Origin: an uncultured Parabacteroides sp.
GTDB lineage: Bacteria > Bacteroidota > Bacteroidia > Bacteroidales > Tannerellaceae
Assembly: GCA_949295065.1 (NCBI GenBank)
Contig: CASFJQ010000010.1
Span: 4,233-68,232 of the forward strand
Reading direction: 5' to 3'
DNA: 64,000 nt
In this document: positions 1-10,558 of the stretch, piece after piece
Layout of the letters: the number at the start of each line of letters is the position of its first letter
Numbering within the stretch: the stretch's first letter is position 1
Made by a program: the position numbers and the translations under genes
Notes under the pieces: model-generated
What the model saw: only the letters and a program-made list of their open reading frames with translations
Database searches by the model: none
What the model was told of the DNA's origin: nothing

Positions 1-645
1 AAAACATTGAGAATAAATCCCGGTATGCCAATCCCGCCGGAATCCACAGCTATTCATGGAATAACTGATGAAGATGTAAAGGATTGCCCTTTATTTAAGG
101 ATGTTGCGAAGACTTTGGCTGCTCAATTCGAAGGCTGTGATCTTGCCGGATTCAATTCCAACAGGTTTGACATCCCACTTTTGGCAGAAGAATTCCTGAG
201 AGCCGGAGTAAATATAGATCTTTCACGCAGAAAGTTTATTGATGTTCAGACTATTTTCCATAAGATGGAACAGCGCACATTGTCTGCCGCTTACAAATTC
301 TATTGTGGTAAAAGTCTTGAGAATGCACATACAGCTTCTGCAGATACAATGGCTACATACGAAGTTCTGAAAGCACAGCTTGACAAATATCCGGAACTTG
401 AGAATGATGTAACATTCTTGTCAAAATTCTCTTCGTTTTCCAACAACGTGGATTTTGCAGGTCGAATGATTTATAATGAGAAAGGTCAGGAAGTGATAAA
501 TTTCGGAAAATACAAAGGACGTCTGGTCGAAGAAGTTCTTTCTGTTGATCCGGGATATTATTCATGGATGATGAACAGCGATTTCTCTCTGAACACAAAA
601 CAGAAACTTACTGAAATCAAACTTAGAGGATTTAATAAGAAATAA
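1..645 (+). CDS. DEDDh 3'-5' exonuclease (DNA polymerase III epsilon-like), 5' end outside window
   Basis: Frame open from base 1. Motifs IHGI, GFNSNRFD and AHTASADT; the ExoI motif is missing, so the gene starts upstream of the window. Confidence 0.85.
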   Translation, partial: KTLRINPGMPIPPESTAIHGITDEDVKDCPLFKDVAKTLAAQFEGCDLAGFNSNRFDIPLLAEEFLRAGVNIDLSRRKFIDVQTIFHKMEQRTLSAAYKFYCGKSLENAHTASADTMATYEVLKAQLDKYPELENDVTFLSKFSSFSNNVDFAGRMIYNEKGQEVINFGKYKGRLVEEVLSVDPGYYSWMMNSDFSLNTKQKLTEIKLRGFNKK

Positions 646-647
646 TT

Positions 648-1862
648 ATGTTGAAAGGTAAACATATAATATTAGGAATTACCGGTAGTATTGCTGCCTA
701 TAAAGCTGCCTATATTATCCGTGGACTTGTGAAGAAAGGTGCCGAAGTTCAGGTTGTTATAACTCCAGCCGGAAAGGAATTCATTACTCCTATAACTTTG
801 TCGGCGTTGAGCAGTAATCCTGTCATAAGCGAATTCTTTTCCAATCGCGACGGTTCGTGGCATAGCCATGTAGATTTGGGCTTATGGGCTGATGCAATGC
901 TTGTGGCTCCAGCTACTGCATCAACAATAGGCAAAATGGCTAACGGCATTGCCGATAATATGCTTGTCACAACATATCTGTCATGTAAAGCTCCAGTATT
1001 CATTGCTCCGGCAATGGACTTGGATATGTTTGCTCATCCAACAACTCAGCAGAATCTGGACCGTCTCCGTTCATTTGGTAATCATATCATTGAACCGGGA
1101 ACAGGAGAATTGGCAAGTCACCTTGTCGGAAAGGGAAGAATGGAAGAGCCGGACAAGATTATTGAAGAATTGGAGAATTTCTTTTCTTCTTCGTCTGAGT
1201 TGAAAAACAAAAATATTGTTATTACTGCCGGCCCGACATACGAAAAGATTGACCCGGTCCGTTTTATTGGAAACTATTCATCCGGAAAGATGGGATTTGC
1301 CCTTGCAGAAGTTTGCGCGCAAAAAGGTGCAAATGTGAAGCTAATAGCAGGACCTGTATCTTTGGAAGCAAAGCATTCTAATATTTCGCGCATTGATGTG
1401 GAATCAGCAAATGAAATGTATGAAGCAGCGATGAATGCTTTTCAGGATGCAGATGCTGCAATTCTATGTGCAGCTGTTGCCGACTATCGTCCGGAATTCC
1501 AGGCTGAAGACAAGATAAAGAGAGAAAAAGAAGGAGAGATGACTCTTCATCTTGTTCCAAATAAAGATATTGCAGCTTCTTTGGGCGAAATAAAGAAGGT
1601 TAATCAGATATTGGTGGGCTTTGCTCTTGAAACCAGCGATGAAACAAAGCATGCTGCTGACAAGTTGAAAAGAAAGAATCTTGATTTCATCGTTCTTAAT
1701 TCTCTTCGCGACAGTGGAGCCGGATTCAGATGTGACACAAATAAGATTTCTATTCTTACCAAAGAAGGTGAAATCTCTGAATATCCGCTTAAAAGCAAAC
1801 ACGAAGTTGCCGAAGATATTGTCACTAAACTTGTCCAGTTTATTAGCAAAGCTGCAAAATGA
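648..1862 (+). CDS. coaBC: Bifunctional phosphopantothenoylcysteine decarboxylase / phosphopantothenate-cysteine ligase
   Basis: GITGSIAAYK, APAM, TAGPTYEKIDPVRFIGNYSSGKMG, AAVADY, GFALET motifs. Confidence 0.97.
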   Translation: MLKGKHIILGITGSIAAYKAAYIIRGLVKKGAEVQVVITPAGKEFITPITLSALSSNPVISEFFSNRDGSWHSHVDLGLWADAMLVAPATASTIGKMANGIADNMLVTTYLSCKAPVFIAPAMDLDMFAHPTTQQNLDRLRSFGNHIIEPGTGELASHLVGKGRMEEPDKIIEELENFFSSSSELKNKNIVITAGPTYEKIDPVRFIGNYSSGKMGFALAEVCAQKGANVKLIAGPVSLEAKHSNISRIDVESANEMYEAAMNAFQDADAAILCAAVADYRPEFQAEDKIKREKEGEMTLHLVPNKDIAASLGEIKKVNQILVGFALETSDETKHAADKLKRKNLDFIVLNSLRDSGAGFRCDTNKISILTKEGEISEYPLKSKHEVAEDIVTKLVQFISKAAK

Positions 1863-1896
1863 TTGTATAACGACATATAAATAAGTGCTCTGAATT

Positions 1897-2796
1897 ATGA
1901 AAATAAGAAATTTGTTCTGTTCGTTGCTTTTCTGTGCTGTTCCGTTTATTGCCAATTCTCAGGAATTGAATGCAAGGATTACAGTCAATAGCGACAAAAT
2001 TCAGGGAACTAACAAATCTGTGTTTACGACGCTTCAGACATCACTGACAGAATTCGTGAACAACAGAAAATGGACTGACGCAACATTCGCAGTCAATGAA
2101 CGTATCGACTGCTCAATGACTATCATAGTCAATGAGCAGAACGATAATACGTTTTCTGCAGAAATTCAAGTGCAGTCACGTCGTCCGGTATATAATTCAG
2201 CTTATACAACAACTTTGTTCAATTTCCGCGACACTCAGTTTGATTTCGAATACGTGGAATTTGAACAGCTGGAGTTCACTGGCACATCCTTGAGCAGTAA
2301 TCTTACAGCAACTATTGTATATTATATCTATATCATATTAGGATTGGATTTCGACAGCTTTTCGCCTCTTGGAGGAAAGGCTTATTTCGAACAGGCGCAG
2401 CAGATAGTCAATATGGCTCAGTCGCAGGGAACATGGAATGGCTGGAAAGCCTTCGACGGCAATCAGAACAGACATGCCTTGATTACTGCATTGACCGATA
2501 ATACTTCCGAGAATTTCCGGAATATGTGGTACACATATCACCGCAAAGGATTGGATGAAATGGCTGCCAATCCTGATAGAGGACGCACCACAATCATTGA
2601 GACTTTACCATTGTTGGAGGAAGTTTACAAAACAAGACCAACTTCCGTGATTCTTCAGGTTTATGCAGATACAAAACTTGATGAACTCATGAGCATTTAT
2701 TCCAAAGCGACAAGCCAGGAAAAACAGTCGGCATTGAAACTTCTTTCTAATATTTTCCCAACCCAGACCAAAAGATTGGAAGCACTTAAAAAATAA
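1897..2796 (+). CDS. DUF4835 family exported protein (PorD-like)
   Basis: Signal peptide followed by QELNA, QVQSRRPVYNS, GLDFDSF and YHRKGLD motifs; usual position between coaBC and recN in Bacteroidota. Confidence 0.75.
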   Translation: MKIRNLFCSLLFCAVPFIANSQELNARITVNSDKIQGTNKSVFTTLQTSLTEFVNNRKWTDATFAVNERIDCSMTIIVNEQNDNTFSAEIQVQSRRPVYNSAYTTTLFNFRDTQFDFEYVEFEQLEFTGTSLSSNLTATIVYYIYIILGLDFDSFSPLGGKAYFEQAQQIVNMAQSQGTWNGWKAFDGNQNRHALITALTDNTSENFRNMWYTYHRKGLDEMAANPDRGRTTIIETLPLLEEVYKTRPTSVILQVYADTKLDELMSIYSKATSQEKQSALKLLSNIFPTQTKRLEALKK

Positions 2797-2801
2797 ATAT
2801 T

Positions 2802-4478
2802 ATGCTCAAATCGCTGTTTATAAAGAATTTTGTTCTTATTGACAATCTTGATATCCACTTTGATAAAGGCTTTTCTGTGATAACTGGTGAAACCGGAGCA
2901 GGAAAATCAATTATTCTCGGAGCTTTGTCTCTTGTGCTTGGTCAGAGAGCGGATGGAAAGAGCATAAAGAACGGTTCTGAAAAATGCGTTATCGAAGCTG
3001 TCTTTGACATTACACAATACAGATTGGAACCTTTTTTCCTTGCCAACGACCTGGAATATGACGATAAATCCTGTATTCTCAGACGTGAGCTTTATGCGTC
3101 GGGCAAATCTCGTGCTTTTGTAAACGATTCACCGGTTTCTCTTAATATAATGAAGGAATTGGGAAGCAAACTGATAGATATTCATTCGCAACATCAGAAT
3201 TTGCTTCTCGGCAACAATCATTTTCAGATGAAAGTTGTTGATGTGATGGCTGAGAATGAGATTCTACTTATCCTTTACAGAAAGGAATATTCCAGATATC
3301 AGTCTCTGAAGCGTGATTTGAAGGAACTGAAACAGCGTGCCGAGCAAACAAAGCAAGAGGAAGATTATGCCCGTTTCCAACTTGAGCAACTTCTGGATGC
3401 ACGCTTGCAGGAAGGAGAGCAGGAGGAACTCGAGCAGGAACAGGAAACTCTGACTCATGCCGAAGAAATAAAAGGCACATTATATAAAATTACCCAGCTT
3501 CTTGACGGCGAGGAATTTGGAGCAATCCAATTAATCAAAGATGCATTTTCTGCTGCCGATTCTCTGGAAAGATATTTCCCTCAGGCAAAAGAAATATCAG
3601 AGAGATTGCGCTCGGCATATATCGACTTGAGTGATTTGTCTTCCGATGCAGAGTCAAAGAAAGACGATATCGAATTCAGCCACGAGCGCCTGGAATGGGT
3701 TAATGACAGACTGAATACAATTTATTCTTTGCAGCAAAAACATCATGTACAGTCCGTTCCCGAACTTCTTTCAATCCAGGAAAATTATGAAAAGCAGCTT
3801 CAGGAAATAGATTCATTTGATGAGCAGATTGAGCAGCTTTCGCAGCAAGTTGAAGCTTCATATAAAGAATTGCTTCAGCAGGCTTATGTGCTCAGCGGAC
3901 AACGAAAGTTTGCTTCAGAAGCAATGTCTGAACAGCTTGTACAAATGGTGACGCCTCTTGGAATGCCAAATATCCGTTTCCGTGTGGATATTGCTCATAA
4001 GGAAGAGCCTGATAACGACGGAATAGACGATGTGTGCTTTATGTTTTCTGCCAATAAGAGCGGAGATTTGCAGCCGGTGTCGCAAACTGCATCCGGTGGT
4101 GAAATATCAAGGCTTATGTTGTGTCTGAAAGCTATGATTGCCGGATTCACAGCCATGCCTGCTATCATTTTTGATGAAGTTGACACTGGTGTTTCTGGTG
4201 ATATAGCCGACAAGATGGGAAATATCATGCAGGAACTCGGAACTAAAATGCAGGTTCTCACCATAACTCACTTGCCGCAGATTGCTGCAAAAGGTAGGTC
4301 GCACTATTATGTCTATAAGAAAGATATTGAGGAACGTACTGTAACTAATATCCGTGAACTTTCAGAAGAGGAAAGAGTTAACGAAGTTGCCAGAATGTTG
4401 AGCGGTTCACAATTAACAGAAGCATCATTGGCTAATGCCAGAGATTTGCTGAATAGCAACAGAACTTCTGCCCGGTAA
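2802..4478 (+). CDS. recN: DNA repair protein RecN
   Basis: Walker A TGETGAGKS, IHSQH, coiled coil, ASGGEISR, FDEVDTG, ITHLPQIAA. Confidence 0.97.
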   Translation: MLKSLFIKNFVLIDNLDIHFDKGFSVITGETGAGKSIILGALSLVLGQRADGKSIKNGSEKCVIEAVFDITQYRLEPFFLANDLEYDDKSCILRRELYASGKSRAFVNDSPVSLNIMKELGSKLIDIHSQHQNLLLGNNHFQMKVVDVMAENEILLILYRKEYSRYQSLKRDLKELKQRAEQTKQEEDYARFQLEQLLDARLQEGEQEELEQEQETLTHAEEIKGTLYKITQLLDGEEFGAIQLIKDAFSAADSLERYFPQAKEISERLRSAYIDLSDLSSDAESKKDDIEFSHERLEWVNDRLNTIYSLQQKHHVQSVPELLSIQENYEKQLQEIDSFDEQIEQLSQQVEASYKELLQQAYVLSGQRKFASEAMSEQLVQMVTPLGMPNIRFRVDIAHKEEPDNDGIDDVCFMFSANKSGDLQPVSQTASGGEISRLMLCLKAMIAGFTAMPAIIFDEVDTGVSGDIADKMGNIMQELGTKMQVLTITHLPQIAAKGRSHYYVYKKDIEERTVTNIRELSEEERVNEVARMLSGSQLTEASLANARDLLNSNRTSAR

Positions 4479-4512
4479 ATGAATCTGGAAACTCCGGTTA
4501 AATTATTCTCCA

Positions 4513-4590
4513 AAATATATACGGATGTATTCTCAAATATATACGGCCCCAATTTGTCGTACTTCTATATATATTTTGAAATATATACGG
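4513..4590. repeat. Three direct copies of AAATATATACGG (dispersed intergenic repeat)
   Basis: Copies at 4513-4524, 4535-4546 and 4579-4590; the same 12-mer recurs at 38079-38090. Confidence 0.7.
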
Positions 4591-4627
4591 CCCGAATTTA
4601 CTCTTGGTCCGGATGTATTTTCACATA

Positions 4628-4668
4628 AAAATAGCGATATGAATTATTATATTTCATACCGCTATTTT
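4628..4668. terminator. Bidirectional intrinsic terminator between convergent recN and purT
   Basis: AAAATAGCGATATGAA ... TTCATACCGCTATTTT inverted repeat with A/T tails. Confidence 0.65.
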
Positions 4669-4688
4669 CATTTTATATATTGTGAATC

Positions 4689-5870
4689 TTACAAGTTCAC
4701 TTTCAGGTTATTTAGCATAATACCAGTCTTCTCTCTGGCTTCTTCAACATCATTTCCTCTTGCCAAAAGAACACCCATTCTGCGATGTCCGTGAACTTCC
4801 GGTTTTCCGAAGAATCTCATCTGTGTGTCCGGCTGTTCAAGCACTTTGTCCAAGTTGCCTAATGACAAATGATCGCTGTCGCCTTCAATAACTATTGCTC
4901 TGGAAGCACCCGGTCCGTGGAATCTGATATTTGGAATAGGCAAACCTAGGACAGCACGTGCGTGCAAAGCAAACTGAGACAAGTCTTGAGTAATCATTGT
5001 TACCATTCCTGTGTCGTGTGGGCGAGGAGAAACCTCGTTGAATATAACATCGTCACCTTTTACAAACAACTCTACACCGAAAATACCTCTTCCACCGAGA
5101 GCATCAGTAATTTTGCGTGCTATTTCCTGAGCTTTAGCTTTAGCTTTTTCTGACATTACTTGTGGCTGCCATGATTCACGATAGTCGCCGTTTTTCTGAA
5201 CATGACCAACCGGTTCAAGGAAAGATGTTCCGCCAATATGTCTCACAGTAAGCTGAGTGATTTCATAGTCGAAATCAATAAATCCTTCAACAATCATTTT
5301 ACCCGCACCGGCTCTGCCGCCTTCCTGAGCATAGTGCCATGCCGGCTCAATATCTTCAGCTTTTCTGATTACGCTCTGTCCGTGTCCGCTTGAGCTCATA
5401 ATCGGTTTAACTACGCAAGGCATTCCGATTTCTTTTACGGCTTCTTCAAATTCTTCTTTAGTTTCAGCAAAACGATATGGAGAAGTTGGCAAACCTAATT
5501 CCTCAGCAGCTAAGCGACGAATGCCTTCGCGGTTCATGGTCAACCATGTAGCTTTAGCTGTTGGAATCACATTATATCCTTCCTTTTCCAGTTCCAGTAA
5601 AGTCTGTGTTGCGATTGCTTCAACTTCCGGAACAATGTAGTCAGGCTTTTCTTTTTCTATTATTTCACGCAAGGCTTTTCCATCAAGCATTGAAAGTGTG
5701 TAAGAGCGGTGAGCCACCTGCATGGCTGGAGCATCCGGATATTTATCCAATGCAATAACTTCCACACCATAACGCTGTAACTCAATTACGAACTCTTTAC
5801 CTAATTCTCCAGATCCACAAAGCACCACTTTAGTTGCTGTGGATGATTTTGGTGTACCAATCGTTGTCAT
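4689..5870 (-). CDS. purT: Formate-dependent phosphoribosylglycinamide formyltransferase
   Basis: [31 protein letters not shown] and RRMGV ATP-grasp motifs. Confidence 0.97.
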   Translation of the reverse strand: MTTIGTPKSSTATKVVLCGSGELGKEFVIELQRYGVEVIALDKYPDAPAMQVAHRSYTLSMLDGKALREIIEKEKPDYIVPEVEAIATQTLLELEKEGYNVIPTAKATWLTMNREGIRRLAAEELGLPTSPYRFAETKEEFEEAVKEIGMPCVVKPIMSSSGHGQSVIRKAEDIEPAWHYAQEGGRAGAGKMIVEGFIDFDYEITQLTVRHIGGTSFLEPVGHVQKNGDYRESWQPQVMSEKAKAKAQEIARKITDALGGRGIFGVELFVKGDDVIFNEVSPRPHDTGMVTMITQDLSQFALHARAVLGLPIPNIRFHGPGASRAIVIEGDSDHLSLGNLDKVLEQPDTQMRFFGKPEVHGHRRMGVLLARGNDVEEAREKTGIMLNNLKVNL

Positions 5871-5887
5871 ATATCGAATGTTTTTAT

Positions 5888-7183
5888 TTAGGTGTATTTT
5901 TTAGGATATCTGAATATAATCGCAAGCAAGGCTCCAGCTCCGAGCAAGTACGGATAATACAAATATTGCATAATCTCAATTGGAGAAACATTCCCAAGAC
6001 CGGAAGCCATCAATAATTGCGCTCCATAAGGAATTATGCCCTGAACAAAGCATGAGAATATATCCAATATACTAGCACTCCTTCTGGAGTCCACGTTAAA
6101 CTTATCTGCAATATCTTTGGCTATCGGACCGGACATAATCAGTGCAATTGTGTTATTTGCTGTACATAAGTTGGCAAAACTGACCAAAGATGCAATACTG
6201 AATTCCGCACCTCGCTGAGATTTTATATGCGCCGTTAATTTACAAATTATCCAGTCAATACCGCCATTGAATCGAATCATTTCCAATAAACCTCCGGCAA
6301 GAAGGGTGACGATAATCAGCTCGCCCATATCTGTTATCCCTTTTCCCATGGCTCCGGTCCAATCCCACAGTGAAAATGTTCCGGTGAGCAATCCTGTTAT
6401 GCCGGAAAGCAATATTCCGACAAACAACACTCTCATAACATTCATTCCGCAAATGGCAGACACCAGAACAACAATGTATGGAATAACCTTTGTCCATTCA
6501 ATCTGTCCAACAGAATATGTTTCAACCACAGCATTCCCTTTCAGTATAAATATTATACCAGTTATAATAGCAATTGGCATTGCTATTCTGATATTGACTT
6601 TGAATTTGTCTGCCATTTGACAACCTTGAGTTCGGGTTGCAACAATAGTTGTGTCGGAAATAAACGAGAGATTATCTCCAAACATAGCACCGCTGACAAC
6701 TACGCCAAGCATCAACGCATCCGGCATTCCTGTCTTTTCCGCTATACCAATGGCAACCGGAGTCAGTGCAACTATTGTCCCAACTGAAGTGCCAACGGAT
6801 ATTGAGATGAAGCAGGCAGCAATAAATATTCCGGCAGCAAGCAGATTGCCCGGCAATAATGACATTGCCAGATTTACAGTAGCATCAACCGCACCCATAT
6901 TTTTAGCAGTCTGGGCAAAAGCTCCGGCTAATATAAATATAAGCACCATCAACATGATGTTTGTGTTGGCTGCTCCTCTGCAAAATTGCTCGATGCGATT
7001 GCTTAGAACTCCGCCTTTCGACATAGCAATTGCTATGACTGAGGAAAGAAGGAAAGCAACGGTGATTGGCATTTTGTAGAAATCACCGGCAATGCATGAT
7101 ACAACAACATATGAAACCAGAAAAACGACCAATGGAGTCAAAGCCCATGCATTTGGAGTGCGTTGTATATCATTATTGTTCAT
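5888..7183 (-). CDS. Na+/H+ antiporter NhaC family transporter
   Basis: Multi-TM protein with [23 protein letters not shown] and IPYGAQLL motifs. Confidence 0.85.
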   Translation of the reverse strand: MNNNDIQRTPNAWALTPLVVFLVSYVVVSCIAGDFYKMPITVAFLLSSVIAIAMSKGGVLSNRIEQFCRGAANTNIMLMVLIFILAGAFAQTAKNMGAVDATVNLAMSLLPGNLLAAGIFIAACFISISVGTSVGTIVALTPVAIGIAEKTGMPDALMLGVVVSGAMFGDNLSFISDTTIVATRTQGCQMADKFKVNIRIAMPIAIITGIIFILKGNAVVETYSVGQIEWTKVIPYIVVLVSAICGMNVMRVLFVGILLSGITGLLTGTFSLWDWTGAMGKGITDMGELIIVTLLAGGLLEMIRFNGGIDWIICKLTAHIKSQRGAEFSIASLVSFANLCTANNTIALIMSGPIAKDIADKFNVDSRRSASILDIFSCFVQGIIPYGAQLLMASGLGNVSPIEIMQYLYYPYLLGAGALLAIIFRYPKKYT

Positions 7184-7218
7184 CCTTATTATTAACTTTT
7201 TAGTTTATCAGCATGATT

Positions 7219-9804
7219 TTAGAATGTGAATCGAAGCGCAATTCTCACACCGCCTTTCTTTATGTTTGGATTGTCCAAATAAGTAAGTCGGCGATAATAG
7301 TCAACTCGTAAAATCTTGAAGATATTTTCCAAACCAACGCTGCATTCCATATACGGAACATTTCCGATAGGCATTGTTCCGTCAGGAAGCTGGAACAAGC
7401 CCGGAGTGATTGTCGGATTATTCTTGTCAGTCAAATTTCCGTATACACCGCTGAACGACACAACTTCGCGCAGCTTCAGCCATTTGATGACCGGAATACG
7501 GTTCAGAATCCATCCTTTCAGATAATATGTCAAATACCATGATACATATTGGTCTGTGACGAATTCCATCGCATTCATCATATTGAATGCTTCAGGCTGG
7601 ATAGTCAAAGACTGGTTGGTGTTTGGCAGAATCAGGAGTGGGAAAGGAGCTTTATCCCAAACTTTTCCCGCTTTCACTTTTGCGTCGATATGTCCGAATG
7701 AAGAAAGCCAAATTCTCTTTTCCGCGCTGAATTCAGTATGGTTGTAATAATAATCACCACCCAGAACACCGTTAATACCAACTTGATGCGACAGCTTGAA
7801 TATTGGAGCATCTTGAGACAGATTAAATACAGATTCTTTACCGGCTCTGCCGTTGTATGCTCTTTCTCCGGGAGCAAATCTTAATCTTGCACCAATTTCT
7901 GTTGTTGTAAAGTCTTTGATGTGAGTGAGCGTTTTGTCTTCATTAATTCTGTCGTAGCTTAATGTTCCGGCAGCTTCATTGTTTTCATTTCTCACCCAAC
8001 CGAGGATACTCAAGCCATTGAGCCATTCCTTCTCATACTGCAACATAGTCTTTCTTATATATTGCATGCGAGTTACCGGAGTACCGACCTTAATTGCAAC
8101 GAACATATTATCCTTGCTGGTGAAAAGGAAGTCTTGACCTGGAGTATAGACATCATATTCCTGAATCAAGGACAAATTGTTTCGTGGAGTTTCACCCTCA
8201 TGATATTCCTTTTTGTTGAAACTCTTTGTCAGCTTCACATTATATTTGAACTTTCGGTCATTTACACCATATGCCACATATCCGCTGGCAAACCAATAAG
8301 GATTAAGGTTTGCAGTTGTCATACCACCAACACGCATTCTGAAACCTTCAAGTTCATTTGCACTGAATGTAGTATTCATAGGGCCGAAATCAAATTTACT
8401 TGTAGATCTGTCTTTTCCAGTTGGAATATATCCTGAAATAAGAATTTCGGCAGTTTTGATAATTACGTTGAATACTGGGATTTTTCTCATCTGGGCGAGT
8501 AACTCATCCAAAGCACTTTCTTTTTCTTTTAATGGTATATGACGATGGTTCACCCAGAAACTATCAGGCAATTCTGTTGCGTTTTCTGCTATATGAGAAC
8601 TACCTATCAATCCGAAAATGGAATCTTGATTTGCCACTTCAAATTTATAATTATCATAATTACGTAAGTGGTGAGCGTAGAACTGTTGCGTCCCTTTGAT
8701 TATATAGAAATTTATATATGTATTCTCCTTATCAAGAACCCAAGTGCTATCTTCCATTTGCTTGAATTGCTGGTCAATTCTCAGCTTGTCAACGAAGTTA
8801 AGGTTGATGTCTGCCGGAGTATTCAATGTAAATTTCTTTAATGCATAACTACCGTCCAGCATAATATACAATCTGCCGGTAAATCCGTAACTTTCACTGT
8901 TTACAGGGACAAATGCAAGGTCAACACATTTGTCACCTGCAACATCCACAGTGTCCATAATGTAATACTTATAATATGAAGTAGCCAGAGTGGAAGATAA
9001 AGGACTGACAAATCTGTTCAACAATATATTTATATTATTGTCAAAAATATTAATACCTTGGAATATCTCCTCCAAATTGGCACTGATTCCACCTTCATCC
9101 AATGTTTTGTCAACACCTTGCTGGCGTTTAGCTTTTGTAATAATCTTTTCTGCTTTAGGCTTTTTGCGATAATATTTATCAGAAAGAGATTCACGGACAG
9201 ACAATGTGAGAATAGGCTTTCCGTTGAATTCAGATGTGTCAAGATAATTCTTTATAAAATTGAATTTTCTGGTAAATTTATTTTTGTCCAGGTTAGGGCT
9301 GAAATTGTCCAATGAAAGACTTAGTTTCTCATATTGTTCAACCTGATATTCATCTTTTGATTCAATTCTGTTATCTTCCTTATGTTCGATAACTTTCTTT
9401 ATCAGTTCTACAGCCGGATTATCCTTTCTGCTGTATTTTTCTTTTTTAGGCTTAACTGTTACTTCAGCAATCTCAAAACTTGTTGGCGAAATTAGAATTT
9501 CCAGATTGCTGTTGTCTTGATTTGGTTTCAAATTCACTGTCTTTTCATTGTATCCCAATGAAGAAACAATGAGCTGACGAACTCCTTTTGAATTTTTCAA
9601 TGAAAAATTTCCGTTATCGTCAGTCATAGCACCAATTGTAGTATTCTTGAAGATTATTGACACGTATGACAAAGGTTCGCCGGTTATTGAGTCTTTTACG
9701 ACACCGGATGCAGATGTAATGCCCTGTCCAAAAGCTATGGAGCTGGATAAAAGTAGTAAAATGGCTATCAGCCACCAATTGTAGGAAAATTTAAATTTGA
9801 CCAT
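7219..9804 (-). CDS. Outer membrane protein, carboxypeptidase-like regulatory domain + DUF5686
   Basis: Signal peptide, GVVKDSITGEPL, TDDNGNF, KDNPAVELIKKVI, C-terminal ENIFKILRVDY...F. Confidence 0.8.
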   Translation of the reverse strand: MVKFKFSYNWWLIAILLLLSSSIAFGQGITSASGVVKDSITGEPLSYVSIIFKNTTIGAMTDDNGNFSLKNSKGVRQLIVSSLGYNEKTVNLKPNQDNSNLEILISPTSFEIAEVTVKPKKEKYSRKDNPAVELIKKVIEHKEDNRIESKDEYQVEQYEKLSLSLDNFSPNLDKNKFTRKFNFIKNYLDTSEFNGKPILTLSVRESLSDKYYRKKPKAEKIITKAKRQQGVDKTLDEGGISANLEEIFQGINIFDNNINILLNRFVSPLSSTLATSYYKYYIMDTVDVAGDKCVDLAFVPVNSESYGFTGRLYIMLDGSYALKKFTLNTPADINLNFVDKLRIDQQFKQMEDSTWVLDKENTYINFYIIKGTQQFYAHHLRNYDNYKFEVANQDSIFGLIGSSHIAENATELPDSFWVNHRHIPLKEKESALDELLAQMRKIPVFNVIIKTAEILISGYIPTGKDRSTSKFDFGPMNTTFSANELEGFRMRVGGMTTANLNPYWFASGYVAYGVNDRKFKYNVKLTKSFNKKEYHEGETPRNNLSLIQEYDVYTPGQDFLFTSKDNMFVAIKVGTPVTRMQYIRKTMLQYEKEWLNGLSILGWVRNENNEAAGTLSYDRINEDKTLTHIKDFTTTEIGARLRFAPGERAYNGRAGKESVFNLSQDAPIFKLSHQVGINGVLGGDYYYNHTEFSAEKRIWLSSFGHIDAKVKAGKVWDKAPFPLLILPNTNQSLTIQPEAFNMMNAMEFVTDQYVSWYLTYYLKGWILNRIPVIKWLKLREVVSFSGVYGNLTDKNNPTITPGLFQLPDGTMPIGNVPYMECSVGLENIFKILRVDYYRRLTYLDNPNIKKGGVRIALRFTF

Positions 9805-10053
9805 GAATATAGTTCTTCTTTCCGTTTCTTCTTTTAGGAATAATATTGAAGTGCAAAATTAAACTTTTTATTTGTACCTGGAAAATTCAATATTATAAAT
9901 AATATTTATGTATTGGGCATTTTGTCTCCAAAAATGTTCTGTTTTATCAATATAGTTTATTTTTTAAATATTTATATAGAATAAAAGTGTAGTCAGATTA
10001 ATATGTTTTAGGGGGAAATAATACATAGTAAAGCCTTTTTCTCGTATGGGGAA

Positions 10054-10076
10054 AATATTTTCTATTGGAAATTATT
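10054..10076. promoter_or_regulatory. Putative MarR operator 1 (imperfect palindrome AATATTTTCTATTGGAAATTATT)
   Basis: 19/23 identical to a second palindrome at 10508-10530; abuts TTTG upstream of the -7 box TATATTTG (10096-10103). Confidence 0.6.
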
Positions 10077-10123
10077 TTGTGTATATAAAATATTGTATAT
10101 TTGCCGTGAAAAATAAAATAAAG

Positions 10124-10489
10124 ATGGAACCGATTTGCTCAATAAAGGATATTTATAAGGTATTGTATCAATTTGAGAAAGCATTTTCTGAGGAAAATGA
10201 TATAACAATTAATGAAGCGATGGTGCTTTGCAGTCTGAAAGAAGGAGGCTCAAAAACTGCGGGTGCAATATGTGAATATATTGGTTTGTCAAATTCACGT
10301 GTTTCAAAAGTAATTACGTCAGTTGAGAATAAGTCGTATATTCAAAGGCTTCTGAATCCTGTTGACAAGAGACAGATGCTTTTTGTCCTGACTGATGAAG
10401 GAAGGGAAAAGATCCGGCAAATGCAGAACAAGGAACTGGGCTTTGAAGAATTGTTCAAATCTCTTTCTGATTGTATTAAAAAAGGCTGA
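10124..10489 (+). CDS. MarR family transcriptional regulator
   Basis: ITINEAMVL, SNSRVSKVI, DKRQM winged-helix pattern; ATG 10124 chosen because it follows the TATATTTG promoter box. Confidence 0.85.
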   Translation: MEPICSIKDIYKVLYQFEKAFSEENDITINEAMVLCSLKEGGSKTAGAICEYIGLSNSRVSKVITSVENKSYIQRLLNPVDKRQMLFVLTDEGREKIRQMQNKELGFEELFKSLSDCIKKG

Positions 10490-10499
10490 TGCCTTTTTT
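10478..10499 (+). terminator. Hairpin with U-tract spanning the marR stop codon
   Basis: AAAAAAGGC-TGAT-GCCTTTTTT. Confidence 0.55.
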
Positions 10500-10507
10500 A
10501 ATAGCTA

Positions 10508-10530
10508 AATATTTTCTACTAGCAAATATT
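10508..10530. promoter_or_regulatory. Putative MarR operator 2 (AATATTTTCTACTAGCAAATATT)
   Basis: Imperfect palindrome ending 28 bp before the reductase start; 19/23 match to operator 1. Confidence 0.6.
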
Positions 10531-10558
10531 ATTAATGATAAATATATAATTATATTCT

